DNA of 64,000 bases from Amoebidium appalachense (GCA_963693365.1 CAVNZM010000014.1:930001-994000); one strand, 5' to 3'; positions 1 to 13,581 are shown, counted from the first letter of the stretch. The notes: generated by a model not told the origin, from the sequence alone. A program made the numbers and translations.

Positions 1-57
1 CCACCCGCCCGCCCCCGCGCGGTGTTTCCTAATCGGTTTTTGATCTCACCCAATCAG

Positions 58-163
58 GCGATTGAGCGTCTGTACGGTTCCGATCGTGTGGACGAGGTGA
101 TGGAGGGGCTGATGAAGAGCCCGGCCACGGCTCTGCCCCTGGTGCTGCGCAGACTAAAGGCTA

Positions 164-218
<55 letters not shown>

Positions 219-671
219 TGTATGGGTGTGTGGGATGGGGGGGGGAGGATGGGTGTGGTACAGGTGGGTGAGGGTGGAATGGTGGAGTGCATGGGTGGTT
301 GTGGGTGGGTAGATGGGTAGGGGATGGTGTTTTTTGGGGGGGGGGGGGGTGGGGGGGACAAAAACAAATATTTCCCAGGGGTATTTCCATGTTTAAGTTG
401 TGCTGATGTGGGTTTGTGGCAGGACGAGGAATGGAGACGGGCACAGAGGGAATGGAATAAGATCTGGCGTGATGCAAACGAGAAAAACCTGCCAAAGTCA
501 CTCGACCACCAGGCTATCACTTTCAAGGTGTGTGGCAGTGCACAACAGCACACGGACATACATGCATGCACACACACACAAGGATACGGGCACACAGCAC
601 GCACACACACACAAAGGCGAGCACCCAAACATGCACACACGGAAACGCATGGCACACAGGCACGTGCGGCG

Positions 672-721
<50 letters not shown>

Positions 722-1170
722 GACACTGTTACACAGGCATGCAAGCACATTAAGACACACCGACATTAAAGCGCAAGCATGCACACACTGGCGCTACAGT
801 AAATCTAGGAGGCTACCCTACCACCTCCACACCCTCACAACCACAAGCATACACACAAGCACGATCAACAAAACACACATTGTTTGTTTTCTCCACAAAT
901 ACGTCCCAATAACACCCCAGATACATTTCAGAACAAATCATTGCCCTTCCCTCCCCTCCCCCCCCCCCCCCCCCCCCCGGCCCCTCTCCCCCTGTCCCCT
1001 TTCCCGTGCCCTTCCCGTGTTTGCCTTCTGTCTCAGTAACTACTTATGGTAGCACCACGACCTCAAAACCCCGGCTGCTCACTATCCCCCCCTCCTCCTC
1101 CTCCCCCCCTCCATTTTTTCTCTCTCTCTTTCTTTTTCTTTTTTTCTTTCCTTCTTTTTTTTTTTTTTCT

Positions 1171-1209
<39 letters not shown>

Positions 1210-1930
1210 AGCAAAACGACCGTAAGACCATGGCGCCCAAGGCTCTCGTGCAAGAAATTGAGACCAAACTAGCGGAGGAGGCTGATGATGAGACAGGCCC
1301 CCACTATGCATTCACGTACAGCGACAGTGAGGTCTTTAGGGATGTGGCGGCACTGCTCTTGCACTACCTCTACAGGGTAAGAGGGGGGGGGGGGGGGGGG
1401 GGGGGCTTGTTCTTATGTAAGGCCTGTGGTTTTTTTGTTTTGGTTTTTTTTTTCGTTTTTTGGTGTTTGGTGTGCGTGTCAGCGATAAGGGAGGTAGCAG
1501 TGTACGTAGTATACGGCGTGTGTGTGAAAGAAGAAAGGGGGGGGGGGGGGGGGGGAGAACAATTCTTTTATCTTTGCTTTCGTTTTTTTGTGTCTTTTGT
1601 CGCTTTTTTTGTTTGATGTGTGTGTCAGTGCTTAGGTAAATTGCAGTTAACAGCAAAACCGGGGGGGGGGGGGGGGGGGGGGGGGGGAGGGGGGGGGGGG
1701 GGGGGAGGGGGGGGGGGGGGGGATGGGGGGGGGGGGGGAGGGGGGATGGGGGGGGGGGGGGGGAGGGGCTTGTTGGTCTTCATTTGGCGTTGCCGTTCTT
1801 TTCGTCGGCTTTTGTGTGGGGGGGGGCCGTAGGTAGGCGGTGGTGATGACGGGATGGGCTATATCCAAATGTATGATGCTTGCACAAATGTTTTGTCTTT
1901 GTCTCTTGGATGTTTGCCACCCACTAATGC

Positions 1931-1964
<34 letters not shown>

Positions 1965-2067
1965 CCTCCCTCCCCTTGCCCAAATGTACGCAAACACACC
2001 GATTTTGTGATATACACACATGCTCACACGTGCGAGCGCGCGCGCACACACACACACACACAAGACG

Positions 2068-2144
<77 letters not shown>

Positions 2145-2493
2145 GCGCGCGCGCACAGACGCAGAACAACATTGCAGACGGGGACAAGGAGCGGATCAGC
2201 AGCACCCTGCGGCAGTTCGTGATGGCCATATTTGGAAATCCCCCCATGGACCCCACGGAGGCTGACCTCGACACCCCTACCTCCCCAAGCCAGCGTGCAG
2301 ATCCCTCCCCCCCCTTCCCCCCCCCCCCCCCCCCCCCCCCCCGCCACCACCACCACCACCATACTCCGGACACACGCTCGCACACACACACACAAACACA
2401 CACGCACACACAAACACAAGAGCACGCACACACACACAAGCACACACCCACCCAAACGTTCACACTGCTTATCAGGAGAGGGGGTAATTGTAT

Positions 2494-2524
<31 letters not shown>

Positions 2525-2767
2525 GGGGGGGGGGGGAGGGGGGTAAGGGAACGAGGTGGTGGAGCATTTATGCTTTTCCACCACTTTCCATTAAAATCCA
2601 AGTCTCCCCCCTCCCCCCTCCCCCCCCCTCCCCGGGCTCGTGCCCCAAGGGTATTGATTAGACCTTTTCCTCCACAGGCAAGCACGAAAATACACAAACA
2701 CAACCTCACACATGGAATGCAACGGCCTTTTTCTGCCCCAAGTTCTTTGGCTTTTATCCCGCCCCAC

Positions 2768-2799
<32 letters not shown>

Positions 2800-3133
2800 T
2801 TTACCGACCCACACTCACTCACTCACACTCACCACCCACCCCTTTGCCTACATATCCATCCTGATAGTCACACATCTCACAGCCACAGAGCCGCGCGAAA
2901 ACGAAACTCTCTCCTCCGATCCCGAGCAACCAGCCGAGCCACCCAGCAAGCAGGAGGTGAAGAGAGAGAGGGAGGACGAGTGGGCACACAGGGAGGGGCT
3001 GGAGCCAATACGTGTGGCTGTGGCCGGGGGGCAGAGGGCGCCTGCTAACACGTGCCTGTTTTACGCAAACAACCACTGGTACTCCTTCTTCCGCCTGCAT
3101 AGGGTCAGTGACCTTTACCCCTCCCCCTCCCTT

Positions 3134-3164
<31 letters not shown>

Positions 3165-3448
3165 TCCCCCCTCAAAAAAATATGCCTGCACGCGCGCGCG
3201 CACACACACACAGAGAGAAGGGGGGGGGGGGGGGGGGGGGGGGGGGGGAGAAACACACGAATACACACACAAGCACCCACACACACACAATAGGAAAAAA
3301 AGGAAAAGAACGAGGGGAAAAGCAAACCTGAGAAGCAAAGGCTGACTCCGCTATATTGCACTACTTTTTTTTTTTTTTTTTTTTTTTAGCATATCCACAT
3401 TACTTATACTAATCCATTATGAGTTTGTCCTTCATACTGCGTATCCCT

Positions 3449-3480
<32 letters not shown>

Positions 3481-3608
3481 TGCCCCTTCTTCCCCCAAAC
3501 CACCCTTCGACCCATTAAAATTTGCTTCCGTACCTCATATCCACAACACACCTGCATACTAACTCTCTCTTGCTCATTTTTAGGCACACACTACCACCCA
3601 CACATACA

Positions 3609-3691
<83 letters not shown>

Positions 3692-4779
3692 GCTGTATGA
3701 GCGTATCCAGAGGATGAAGGATCTTGCAGCCGAGCTACCAAGACTCAATGGCTCTGCTGAGCGCCGCCAAAAGGAGGTGGCCGTGCAGCTCAAAATGAAG
3801 ACCCCTTGTACGTTACCCGCCACCCCCCCCCCCCCCCCCCCCCCCTTCCCCCCCACCCACCCACCCACTCACCCACCCACCCACCCACCTACCCATCCAT
3901 GTTCAAGTGAAACAATATCCGAGTGGGGTTCCGTTGACGAGATGAATGAGTCGAAACTCGGGTACTGTGGATGACGTGGGCCCCCCCTGAGCATGGGGTC
4001 TGCTTTTATGCGTACTCTTTGTGTATGGTTTGCACTCTGCATCGTGTTGTCCGTTGGCTATGTGTACTTGGTAATTTATGACGCATTTAGACCCCCCTCT
4101 CCCCCTTCCCCACACCTCCCCCCCTCCCCCCCTCCCGGCGCTCCCACCTGCCCTTACCTAACCTCTTCTGCCATTCCGTCCCCTCCCCAACTCCCCTGTC
4201 CACTCCTGCTCCTCCCCAACTCCCTTGTCATTCCTTCCTCTCCTTAGCTCCCCTCACGTACCCACCCTCCCTTAGTCATTCTCCTCTCTCTCTCCCAACC
4301 CCCCCCCCCCCCCCCCCAATACACACACCCACACCCACACCCACACACACACATCCCTTTTATTCCTTTCCTGCCCTTCTTCTCCGCCGTTCCCCTCCCC
4401 TCCTCTCCCCCCCCCCCCCCCCCCCCCTCCCCCCCCCGTCCCTGTCTGAGTTGGAGCGTCATATATACGCGGGCTAAGGGGTCGAAACTCAGACGCAATT
4501 GATGACTTGGGTCCTCCCTGAGGATGGGCTCTGCTTATGACGCATACTGTGCACATGGCTGATGTTGCATACTTGAATGTTTGCCTTTGCATGTGTCCTG
4601 CACCATGCTTCTCGTCGTGTATGCGTACTTCGTACCGTGTTCCGCATTCAAAAAACCTCCCCCCGTCCCTGTCCCATAGGCACAACCATGTCGCTGCATG
4701 TATGCCCATGCAAAACCGCCGATACTTATTGCTCAAATCGATGGTTTCTTACTCCTATACAATTGTACGCTCACACACA

Positions 4780-4817
<38 letters not shown>

Positions 4818-6967
4818 CACGATACCGGAGGAGCACTACTACGGCACTTTCCTCAAGTACGTGCAAACACTTCTGGATGGGGATGTTGACTCTGTGCAAT
4901 TTGAGGAGCTTGCACGTGAACTGTACGGCATACACACGTACCCGACATTCACTATCGACAAGCTCATACAGACCGTCACCAGGCAGGTCCGTATGTGTTT
5001 TTTTTCCCTCGTTTTTGGCGTGGTTCTTGGTGGTGGTTGGTGGTGGTTTGAGCAGGTAGGGTGTTTTTCGTTCGATTTTTGGTATTGCAATTTATCTTCT
5101 TATTCTATTCTTCGCTTTCTCTCGCTCGGGGGGGAGGGGGGGGACAGTTGTAGGGAAATAGCCGTGCAATGTGGGTGTGGTCCCTTTTCCAAATACCCGT
5201 AGTTGACCATTTCAGAGTATTAGTGGTCATTTCACCGTGCTTAAAGCACATAAACCTTCCACCCATACATTCCTACTTTTTTATTGTTTTATAAAAACTT
5301 TTTTCTATGCTGCCATTTTGCTGCACACTCAGTTCTTTTTTTCATCCAATGCACAGCATTCACATGTTTCCCTGTGTGTACAGGTGCAAATCCTCGTTAC
5401 GGATGAATGCAGCCAGCGTCTGAGAGGGCTGCACGGCTACGAATCTGCCCGTAAGCGGTGTACGGGGCAGTGGGCGGAGAGTGCGTACCGGGCAAATGCT
5501 GAGGGGCTGATAGGGGAGGACAACTGCTACCGCACAGAGTTTGTATGTCTACGCCTGTGTGTGTGCGTGATGTACAGGCACGCGCACATATCCAATGTGT
5601 GTAGATTTGTTACCGCACAGAGTTTGTATGTCTACGCCTGTGTGTGTGCGTGATGTACAGGCACGCGCACATATCCATTGTGTCACGGTAGATTTGTTTG
5701 TCGATTAGAGCAGTATGGTGGGACATAGGGGTGAGAGACATGTTGGTACGCTGCCTTTAGGAAAAGTCATCGTTGTATGTCAAGTGCAGGTGTGATATTC
5801 CCGCTCGGACGGAAAATCATCGCCTTGATAGCTCAGTTGGGAGAGCGTTAGACTGAAGATCTAAAGGTCCCGTGTTCAATCCACGGTCGGGGCATGACCT
5901 TTTCTTTTTCTTTTTTTTTTTTTTTTTGTGAGTGCGCACGCGCTTTTTCGTTCTTTTTCTTTTTCCTCCTTTGGTTGCTTCGGTTGGATGCTCATATTGA
6001 GGGCCCTCGTTCCGTTTCTTCTTGCTCCCTCTCACCTTCTATTTCCTTCTGGTTACTTTTCCCCCTAAACCTGTTCAGCCCCATTCGATTTCGAATGCTC
6101 CCTTCAACTTCTCACCTTGGTAGGAATTTTTCTCCCGGACCAAATATTGAACGCACACCATCACAGGATCACACCACCAAGGTTCTGACAGTGCGTCTTT
6201 TGGAACCTACTGAGAATCTCGGGCCCCAACACCCCGGACTGGCGGAGGAGAGCTGGTCCGCGTTTTTGGACAACTATGTCAGTAACCCCGAGCCAGACCA
6301 GGAGGTGGCGGAACAACTGAAGAGGAATAGGATATTCCTTCCAAGGTGGGTGGTGAGCATGTCTTATCGGTGGGTGAAAAACGAGGGTGTACAGGTTTTG
6401 GATGTGTGGCGAGATGTGTGTGGTATTGCCGTAGTTTATACAGAGAGAAGTTGGTGGGTGGTGGGTTTATCTAAGCGGTGGGTGAACGGGTTGTGTGATG
6501 TGGTGATGCGTGTGTAGCGTTGCTGAATGGGGCTGCGATGCGTATGTAGCGTTGCTGAATTGAGATGCTGCCTGGGTGTTGAATGGGAGGGACGTTCAGA
6601 AAGATCTGTTCTTGATAGTGTTTGCTGTTACACAGGAACACGGCAGGCAAGGACCTGGCCTCTGTTCTGGAGGGCACTGCGACTTACAACCATCTGGAGA
6701 TCAAGCACTGTGCTTACAGCATGCGCCCGTTCTTTGCCGAGGGCTCGGCTGATTTCTTCTTCAGGCCAGATATGTGCAACCACCAAAGGTATCATATCCG
6801 TTCTGGAAAATCTTCTAGGTTCTTGTGTGCAATTGGACATAGCTAATATTCTGTGTATGTAATGTATTGCTGCCCCGGGGGTATCTTGTGTATATTTCTG
6901 GTGTTTGTATTTGTTTGATTGTGTGTGTGTTTGTGTCGTGGTGGTGTGTGTGCGTGTGCGTGCGTGC

Positions 6968-7048
<81 letters not shown>

Positions 7049-7352
7049 CAAGGGGGGGGGGGGGGGGGGGCAAGATGCATTGGGCTTTAGCTTTGGGCTC
7101 GACTCCGCATATAGAGGACAGGCAGTGAAACATTTATTATGAAATGCCTATGCTTTCCCTTTCATCTGCAGATCCTGTGTTCACCATTAACTTTTTCCTC
7201 AGGCCTCAAGTGCGGCAACCGAACGGTTTTCCGCGTGGAGGGCAGCCTGGCTGCAGGCCCACCCGGCTGAGCAAGTTACAGTCATGACCGAGCCACTAGC
7301 ACCCTCTAGTGAGCAGCAGCAACAAGAAGCAGAAACACAGCAAGAGGCATGA
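58..7352 (+). CDS. SIN3: Paired amphipathic helix corepressor Sin3, 3' part (end of HDAC-interaction domain plus Sin3_C domain); 5' end lies outside the window
   Basis: Spliced exons 58-165, 423-527, 1212-1376, 2159-2294, 2883-3103, 3690-3807, 4817-4986, 5384-5542, 6167-6345, 6636-6788, ~7211-7352 with GT-AG ends and matching phases. Sin3 hallmarks: [71 protein letters not shown]. The last acceptor is ambiguous: AAG at 7210 is in frame, CAG at 7202 is not. Confidence 0.95.
3897..4093 (+). repeat. Dispersed intronic repeat family, diverged copy with hairpin
   Basis: Shares GTCGAAACTC, GATGACnTGGGnCCnCCCTGAGnATGGG-TCTGCTT and terminal CGCATT with the 4442 and 54097 copies. Confidence 0.75.
4442..4652 (+). 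repeat. Dispersed intronic repeat family, young copy
   Basis: About 211 bp, with 4 substitutions relative to 54117-54327. Confidence 0.95.
5528..5700 (+). repeat. 83-bp tandem duplication spanning the Sin3 exon/intron boundary
   Basis: TACCGCACAGAGTTTGTATGTCTACGCCTGTG...CATATCCA occurs at 5528 and again at 5611. Confidence 0.9.
5822..5894 (+). tRNA. tRNA-Phe (GAA), inside a Sin3 intron
   Basis: 73-nt cloverleaf GCCTTGA-TA-GCTC-AGTTGGGA-GAGC-G-TTAGA-CTGAAGA-TCTAA-AGGTC-CCGTG-TTCAATC-CACGG-TCGGGGC-A; A and B boxes intact; T-runs follow. Confidence 0.97.
5900..5927 (+). terminator. Pol III oligo-T terminator of tRNA-Phe
   Basis: T-runs begin 5 nt after the tRNA 3' end. Confidence 0.7.
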
Positions 7353-8339
7353 AACGAAAAACAAAAGACGTCATCTAGTATGCCATGGCGGGCTTGTTAT
7401 AGGGCGGGCCACTGCGAAATAGTTTTGTAGTTACGCAATAGGTGAAAATAACGTTTAAAGGGTTCGATACTACGCCTGTCTTGCTTGTCTATTCTAGTAT
7501 AGGTCCTAGTATATGTCGCTTGGCAAAACTTCAGTATGTTTGACTTGCCTAAAGCCAGCCCGTACACAGAAAATAGTTATATTGCCTTTTTTTTTTTTTT
7601 CTTTTTTTTTTTCCGACGTTGATATAAACCACACTACACACACCACCATGGCCAGCACGTGCTGGTCAAGTGCACACACATGCAGTGGAGCAGAAAATGC
7701 CATTCATGTATGAGGCACGCAGACATGATCAATACATAAAGAATGGATGAAGAAAAAATCCTGTGTACGGAACATGTGTGCAAAACCTGAAAGGCCCGAA
7801 GCACGATGCGAGTCAGTATGTTTGTCCCTCAGAAGGCATTGCCAATCTCTGTGTTGTCATAATCAGGTTGTTACAGTGGCTACATATGCATGTATAGAGG
7901 TCCCACTTGGGGTGTAATTACACGTCACTTTTTGCCAATATTATGTGCACATGGTCAGAAACGATAGTATCGATTGCCCTGTACCTGTGCTTTCGATCAC
8001 CTCGTGCAGTACGTTGCTCGGTGAATTATGGAGGTTATACTGGCATGGAGAAGAATTGGCTGGTCGAGCCTGCACAGCTGGCCATGCATGCTTAACAATT
8101 TGCTATGTGCCATGCCCAAAGCTAATTTTATTGATTATTATGTCTGCCTAAAGTCTTATAACTAGGTTGTGAAATTTATTCTCCCTCGCCCGTGCAGTTA
8201 ACATTAGCATTAGAGCACATTTTCGAACTCGGCTCGAAAACAACACTTGGCCGTCCCGTATCGCGATCGAGCTCGGAGCTCGGAGGCCTTGACCGATCAT
8301 GACTCAACTTGTGACGTGACGTATGAGTGAGCCGTGGTG

Positions 8340-8830
8340 CCGGGGAAGCCAATCAAAAGCAGCCAAGGCCCAAGCGTTTTTGCTGACGTCATGGAAAGTC
8401 CCGAATACCAACGGCTGGAGTAGGGTAAACGTTTTTGCCGCACAGCTCTTTGCAACTTGCAACAGCGTAACAGCGTTTTCAGATGAGGAGCCACAATATT
8501 TGAGCTGCACGAACCCCTTGCATGTTTTTTTCTTATGTATTGATTAGATTTTAAGTTGTTTATTGCCGTTGTTTAGGATTTATTAGTGGTAAAAAAATAA
8601 AAGTCGATGCTCGGTATTCAAAATAAGCAAAGTGTACGTAAGCACCAAGTCCTTGGACATACCCACTTTTTTTCTTACCCCTTTTTGATGGCTCGTAGTG
8701 TCCACCAATCAAAATCTTTAAAGAAGCCCAAAAAGGTAATCGATTTGAAAAGACTCAATCAAAACTCTGTCCAAAGTTCCCGATTTTCAAATCTTAGTGG
8801 ACAGCCAAGGGGATCGCGGATATAAAAGCT
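8340..8830 (+). promoter_or_regulatory. Putative promoter of the p62/NBR1-like gene
   Basis: TATAAAA 8821-8827, about 100 nt before ATG 8927; CCAAT near 8349; TGACGTCA 8384-8391. Confidence 0.5.
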
Positions 8831-8926
8831 CGCCTACATTTTGCACTTCTTATCCGTTCAACAGAAGAAGAACGAACAAACCCATCGAAAGTCTTGGTTG
8901 ATTTCTTAGGTAAGAACAAGAGGAAA

Positions 8927-9467
8927 ATGGCTGTAATTAAGCTAGTTCACGGGGACGACATTCATCGTTTGCGCACCGACGGGTTGATATGGGAGCAAGT
9001 TGTTGCAAAGGTGGAGGAGTTGTATGGCGCGGGCCAGCGGGTGAAATATGTGGACGAGGAGGGAGACGAGGTGTCGGTCGACAGTGAAGGTGTGTGTGTG
9101 TGCCGGCCGTGTCCGTGTGAGTGCGATGTACGTGTGTGTGTGTGTGCGTTTGTGTGTGTGCATGTGCGTGACTCGTTAATAACGTGCTGTTTAGTTGGTA
9201 AGCTGTTTGATTTTCAGGCTGCGTTATCACACTGGCGCGGTGGATTAGGTTGTTGTCATGCAGTTGTGGAAATTCGCTACCAAAATTTGCTTACCAGATA
9301 AGAAAAAATAAATCCCCAGTTTCTCTTTTTTTTCTCTCTCATTTCTTCTTTGGGTTTTCCCCATGTTCTTTTCTTCCTGGGTTTTCCCCATGCTCTTTTC
9401 TTTCAAACCTCCCTTCTATTGGTAGTATTTAGCGCCTTGGACTACGGGAATTCTGTTTTGTACTCTT

Positions 9468-9502
<35 letters not shown>

Positions 9503-11747
9503 CCTCCCTCCCAATTCTTCGTCATACCCCCGCCCGCCTACCCCACTCCCCTTGCTGCCCGCCCACCTGCCTTCCCGTTTTTTTTTTTTTGTTTTTTTTT
9601 TGTGGCCTTTTTGTTGCATGGGTCGGGTGTTGTGTATTTAAACTACCTGCACGTATGTTCTTGGTGTGAAATATGATGTTCTAACATTAATCTCCCACAC
9701 AGCCGAATATAGGGAGGCTCTCACTACGGCACCCAACGGTGTTCTCCGCCTTTTGATTCGTCCGTCTGCCAAGGCCCCTCCCGCCCCTCCCACTCTCTCC
9801 ACCCCCCTTCCCCCTCTTGGTACCCCCACACGCATTATCGAGTATCCTAGCCTGGATCTCCCGGTTCCCCCCCCTCTTCCTTCCCCTTCTCCCTCCACTT
9901 CCTCTGCACCTCCCGCTTCCGAGAAAACCCCCGAGATTGACACGTGGGAGGAGGTGACGGTGGAGGCTATTGAAGAAGCTTCGAGAAGGGAGGAGAAGGA
10001 ACTGGAGGTTCCCGTGGAAGAGAAGGTTGTCGTGGTGGAGGTTAAAGGGAAAGAGGGTGTTGCTGCTGCGATGGAGGTGTCAGTGCTAAGTGAGGAGGTG
10101 CCAGTGCCTAGTGAGGAGGTGCCTGTGCCTAGTGAGGAGGTACCTGTGCTTAGTTCCAAGGCCGAGGGCAAGCTGCCTGCAGACACACCTGCTGATGCCG
10201 AGGGCGCCAGCACCAGCCAGCAAAATGACGGTACGTAGGGTCTATGCTGGCTGCCTCCCCCTCCCCCCCCCCCCCCCTCTCCCCCCCCCTCCCCCCCCCC
10301 CCCCCCTCCCCCCCTCCCCCCTGCACACATGCAAACATGTGCATGTGAGTGCGCGTGTGGGGTTTATGCACATCATGCACGCACTTGCACTTATGCCCAC
10401 TGTCACGTGCGCACACAAACGTCCTCCCCCCCCGCCAAGCCCCCCTCACCCACCCACCCACGACGTGCCCACCCTTACCTCCTCCCTCCCCCCTCCCCCC
10501 ATCCGGATCCTCTTTTCTTCTACCTTTCTCTCTTTTTACCACACATGCCTGTGCATATGCGAACCTAAATAGGCATTCTAAAAAAATAACAACACCGTAA
10601 AAGAAGAGGAAATTGCATTTTAACCGACTGACATTTAATCCCTTACAGGCAACCAGCAACCCGAGCCCACTGTGCACCACGGTGTGACGTGTGACGGCTG
10701 CAACATGCACCCCATAGTGGGTGTGCGCTTCAAGTGCGGTCAGTGTCCGGATTTCGACCTGTGTGCCTCGTGTGAAGCCCTAGGCGTGCACGACCCCACC
10801 CACGTTATGCTCAAAATGCGGACGGCAGGACACCGCAGATTCTTCCCCTTCCCTCCTCCCCCCCCACCCTTCGGTTTTCCCCCCGGCCCTCCTCCACCCC
10901 ACCACGGCCGTTTCCCCCATCCTCCCCCCGATGCTGAGTTTGGTGGGCGGCCCTGCCATGGCTTTGGGTTCTCTGGTCGGCCTACCCCCTCCCTGGGCTG
11001 GCCCTGGTCATCACCCGTGGGGCCGTGGTGGTTGCCGCCGTGGAAACTGGGATAGACGCAACAACAACAGCCAGACTGAAAATGGTGAAAAGGTGTGTGT
11101 GTGGTGTGTGTTTTGTATGTGGTGAGAGGGGTGAGAGTAGCAAGTGTGTGTGGGTGGGTGTGGGTGTGGGTATGTGTGTGGTGTGTGTGTGTGTGGTGTG
11201 TGTGTGTGTGTATAACTTTTTTTGTTGTGGCGCCATACAGTAACATGCATATGCACATGTGATGCATGTATGTAAGCTTTCCTTCTTGCTTCATCTCTCT
11301 AACCTCTCTCTCTTCCACCCCCACAGACCGAAGGTGCCTCCACCACCCCCCAGCCCCCCACTGGCCCCGGTGCTGTTCCCTTCGAGCAGCTGATTGGCCA
11401 GGCTTTCACCGTGGCTGCTGACGTCATCACTCGTATGGCCGCAACCATGGCTCCCCCCACCCCCCCCCCCACATTCTCTACCCCTTCGGCCCCCTCTGCC
11501 CCCACCCCCACCACCGCCCCCCCCACGGTCCCCACACCTACCGAGCAGGTGCCTACCCCCATCCCCACCGCTGCTGCCGAGGCTACACACACCGAGAGTG
11601 CTCCTGTGAGCGAGGAACGTCAGGCTACGGGTATGGGCTCTGTGGATGCCCCTCATTCGACTCTTTCAGGTGCGCATTTTTTTTCCCCCTGACTTGTTGT
11701 GCATTGCAAGCCATCATCCCTTCCTTTCCCCCCCCCCCCCCCCCCAA

Positions 11748-11779
<32 letters not shown>

Positions 11780-12118
11780 AGGCATACACACGCACACATA
11801 GTCCACCCGCTGTTCCTTATCTCCCTCTTTCCCTCTCTGGCACTCACACACACACACACAGTCCACCCGTCGTTCCTTATCTCCCTCTTTCCCTCCCTGG
11901 CACTCACACACACACACTCCCCCCCCCCCCCCCCCCCCCCCCCCACAGAGGGTTCTTGCTAATAAAACGTTCACCCTTTCTTGCCTCTGGCTCCCTCCAT
12001 ACTTTGCCAAAACCAAAACCCACAATCATGTCTGACCACTCCCCCTCCCCTCCCCCCCCAACACACACACACACAAAGACACACACACACAAACACACAC
12101 CAAAAGAAAGAAAGAAAG

Positions 12119-12155
<37 letters not shown>

Positions 12156-12381
12156 TACACACACACAAGTTGTTAAGCACGCCTAGTCACAACAAACAAC
12201 AAAGCATTTGCACCTTACTAACAACCCCCTTCCATACACAGACCAGCAAGTTGCGGACCTTAACCGGCTGCTTCATGAGATGGGGTTTGTTGACGGGCAG
12301 ATGAACCACCGCTTGATCTTGAAGCATAACGGTGACCTTAACATCATCGTGCCTAAGCTGCTCTCTGTCTACAACCCATAA
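8927..12381 (+). CDS. p62/SQSTM1-NBR1 family selective autophagy receptor (PB1, LIR, ZZ zinc finger, UBA); one apparent frameshift near 10984
   Basis: Exons 8927-9089, 9703-10230, 10649-11092, 11327-11669, 12242-12381. PB1 (VIKLVHGDDIHR...KYVDEEGDEVSVDSE), LIR-like EIDTWEEV, ZZ (HHGVTCDGCNMHPIVGVRFKCGQCPDFDLCASCE), UBA (LHEMGF...LILKHNGDLNIIVPKLL), TAA stop. Confidence 0.9.
11801..11917. repeat. 60-bp tandem duplication in an intron
   Basis: GTCCACCCG...TTCCTTATCTCCCTCTTTCCCTC...GGCACTCACACAC at 11801 and 11861. Confidence 0.85.
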
Positions 12382-13145
12382 AGAGTTTGGGTGTGCTGAG
12401 TTTGTTGTGTAGCTTTGTTGTTTAATTTTATGTTAAAAGATATTTATTTCAAGCGGTAGCATGGGAACTTTTATTTCAAACGACATTATGGGGTGTTGAT
12501 ATAGTAATTTGTTTCAAAGTTAGTCTAGCTGCTGTGCGTTGTTTTTTTCTTATCGTTTTATCTTATCGTGATCACATTTTATGTAATGTGTGGCTACACA
12601 TATCAAAAATTATGTTTATCAAAGGAAAGCATTGCAATATCACTAATAATTATAGGTGCCGTTTTGGCTGAGGCGTGGGCGCCTCATGAGGCGTGGGCGC
12701 GCCAGCCAATGGTGTATGGAGTGCCTGTACAATATTGAAAGCAAAATAAAAAAAATTGAAAATAATGATTTGAGTGTTTGTCATTACATGCATAGAATGG
12801 GTGCTCTGTATAGTATCATGGCAACTTTGAACGCCTCCCCCCCCCCCCCCCTCTCTACCCAGCTATTTTGAGTCCCGACACAACCCCTCCACTCCCTCCC
12901 CCCCCCCCCCCCCCTCAACACACACAAACACACACACACACACACACACAGTATTAACGGTAACTTCCTACGAAACTCCCCCCCGCCCCTCCCTCCCTCC
13001 CCCCCCCTCCCCCCCCCCCCACTCCAAACACATACATACACATAATCATGGCCCATGGGCCAAATTGATGTTCTTACAGTCGGATATAATACTACTGCGA
13101 TTTAGGTTCAATATCTTCTAGTATACTTTAGGTGGCCGTCCCCGT

Positions 13146-13196
<51 letters not shown>

Positions 13197-13581
13197 TATG
13201 TCATTTTACGGATTTATGGAAGATTAACTTGTTGCCTACGTTCAATCGGTTGGGTGATGTGAATGTTTGATGCAACTTGGGTGCCCCTAAATTAGTCGAA
13301 TGCTCGCACACAATATGCACTCATGGATGGGTTCCCAGAGTGTCGTTGTTTGCACTCAATTATGATGCATATCATGTCTTTGTGTGTGCCACCGTCCTCA
13401 TAGAGTGCATGTGTGGTCGTGGGTTCAAATCATGCAGGTAAGTGTCTCCACGCTGTGTGTCTGTTGCGCATGCGCGGTGAGTGTGCGTGCGTGTGTGTGT
13501 GTGTGTGTGTGCGCGTGCGCGCGCGCGCGTGTGTGTGCGTGTGCGTGTGCGTGTCTGTGTGTGCGTGTGTGCGTTTGTGCG

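Noticed and set aside
1661-1769. Poly-G/poly-C tracts as specific G-quadruplex regulatory elements
   Set aside because: Ubiquitous in the window, and homopolymer lengths are unreliable without read data.
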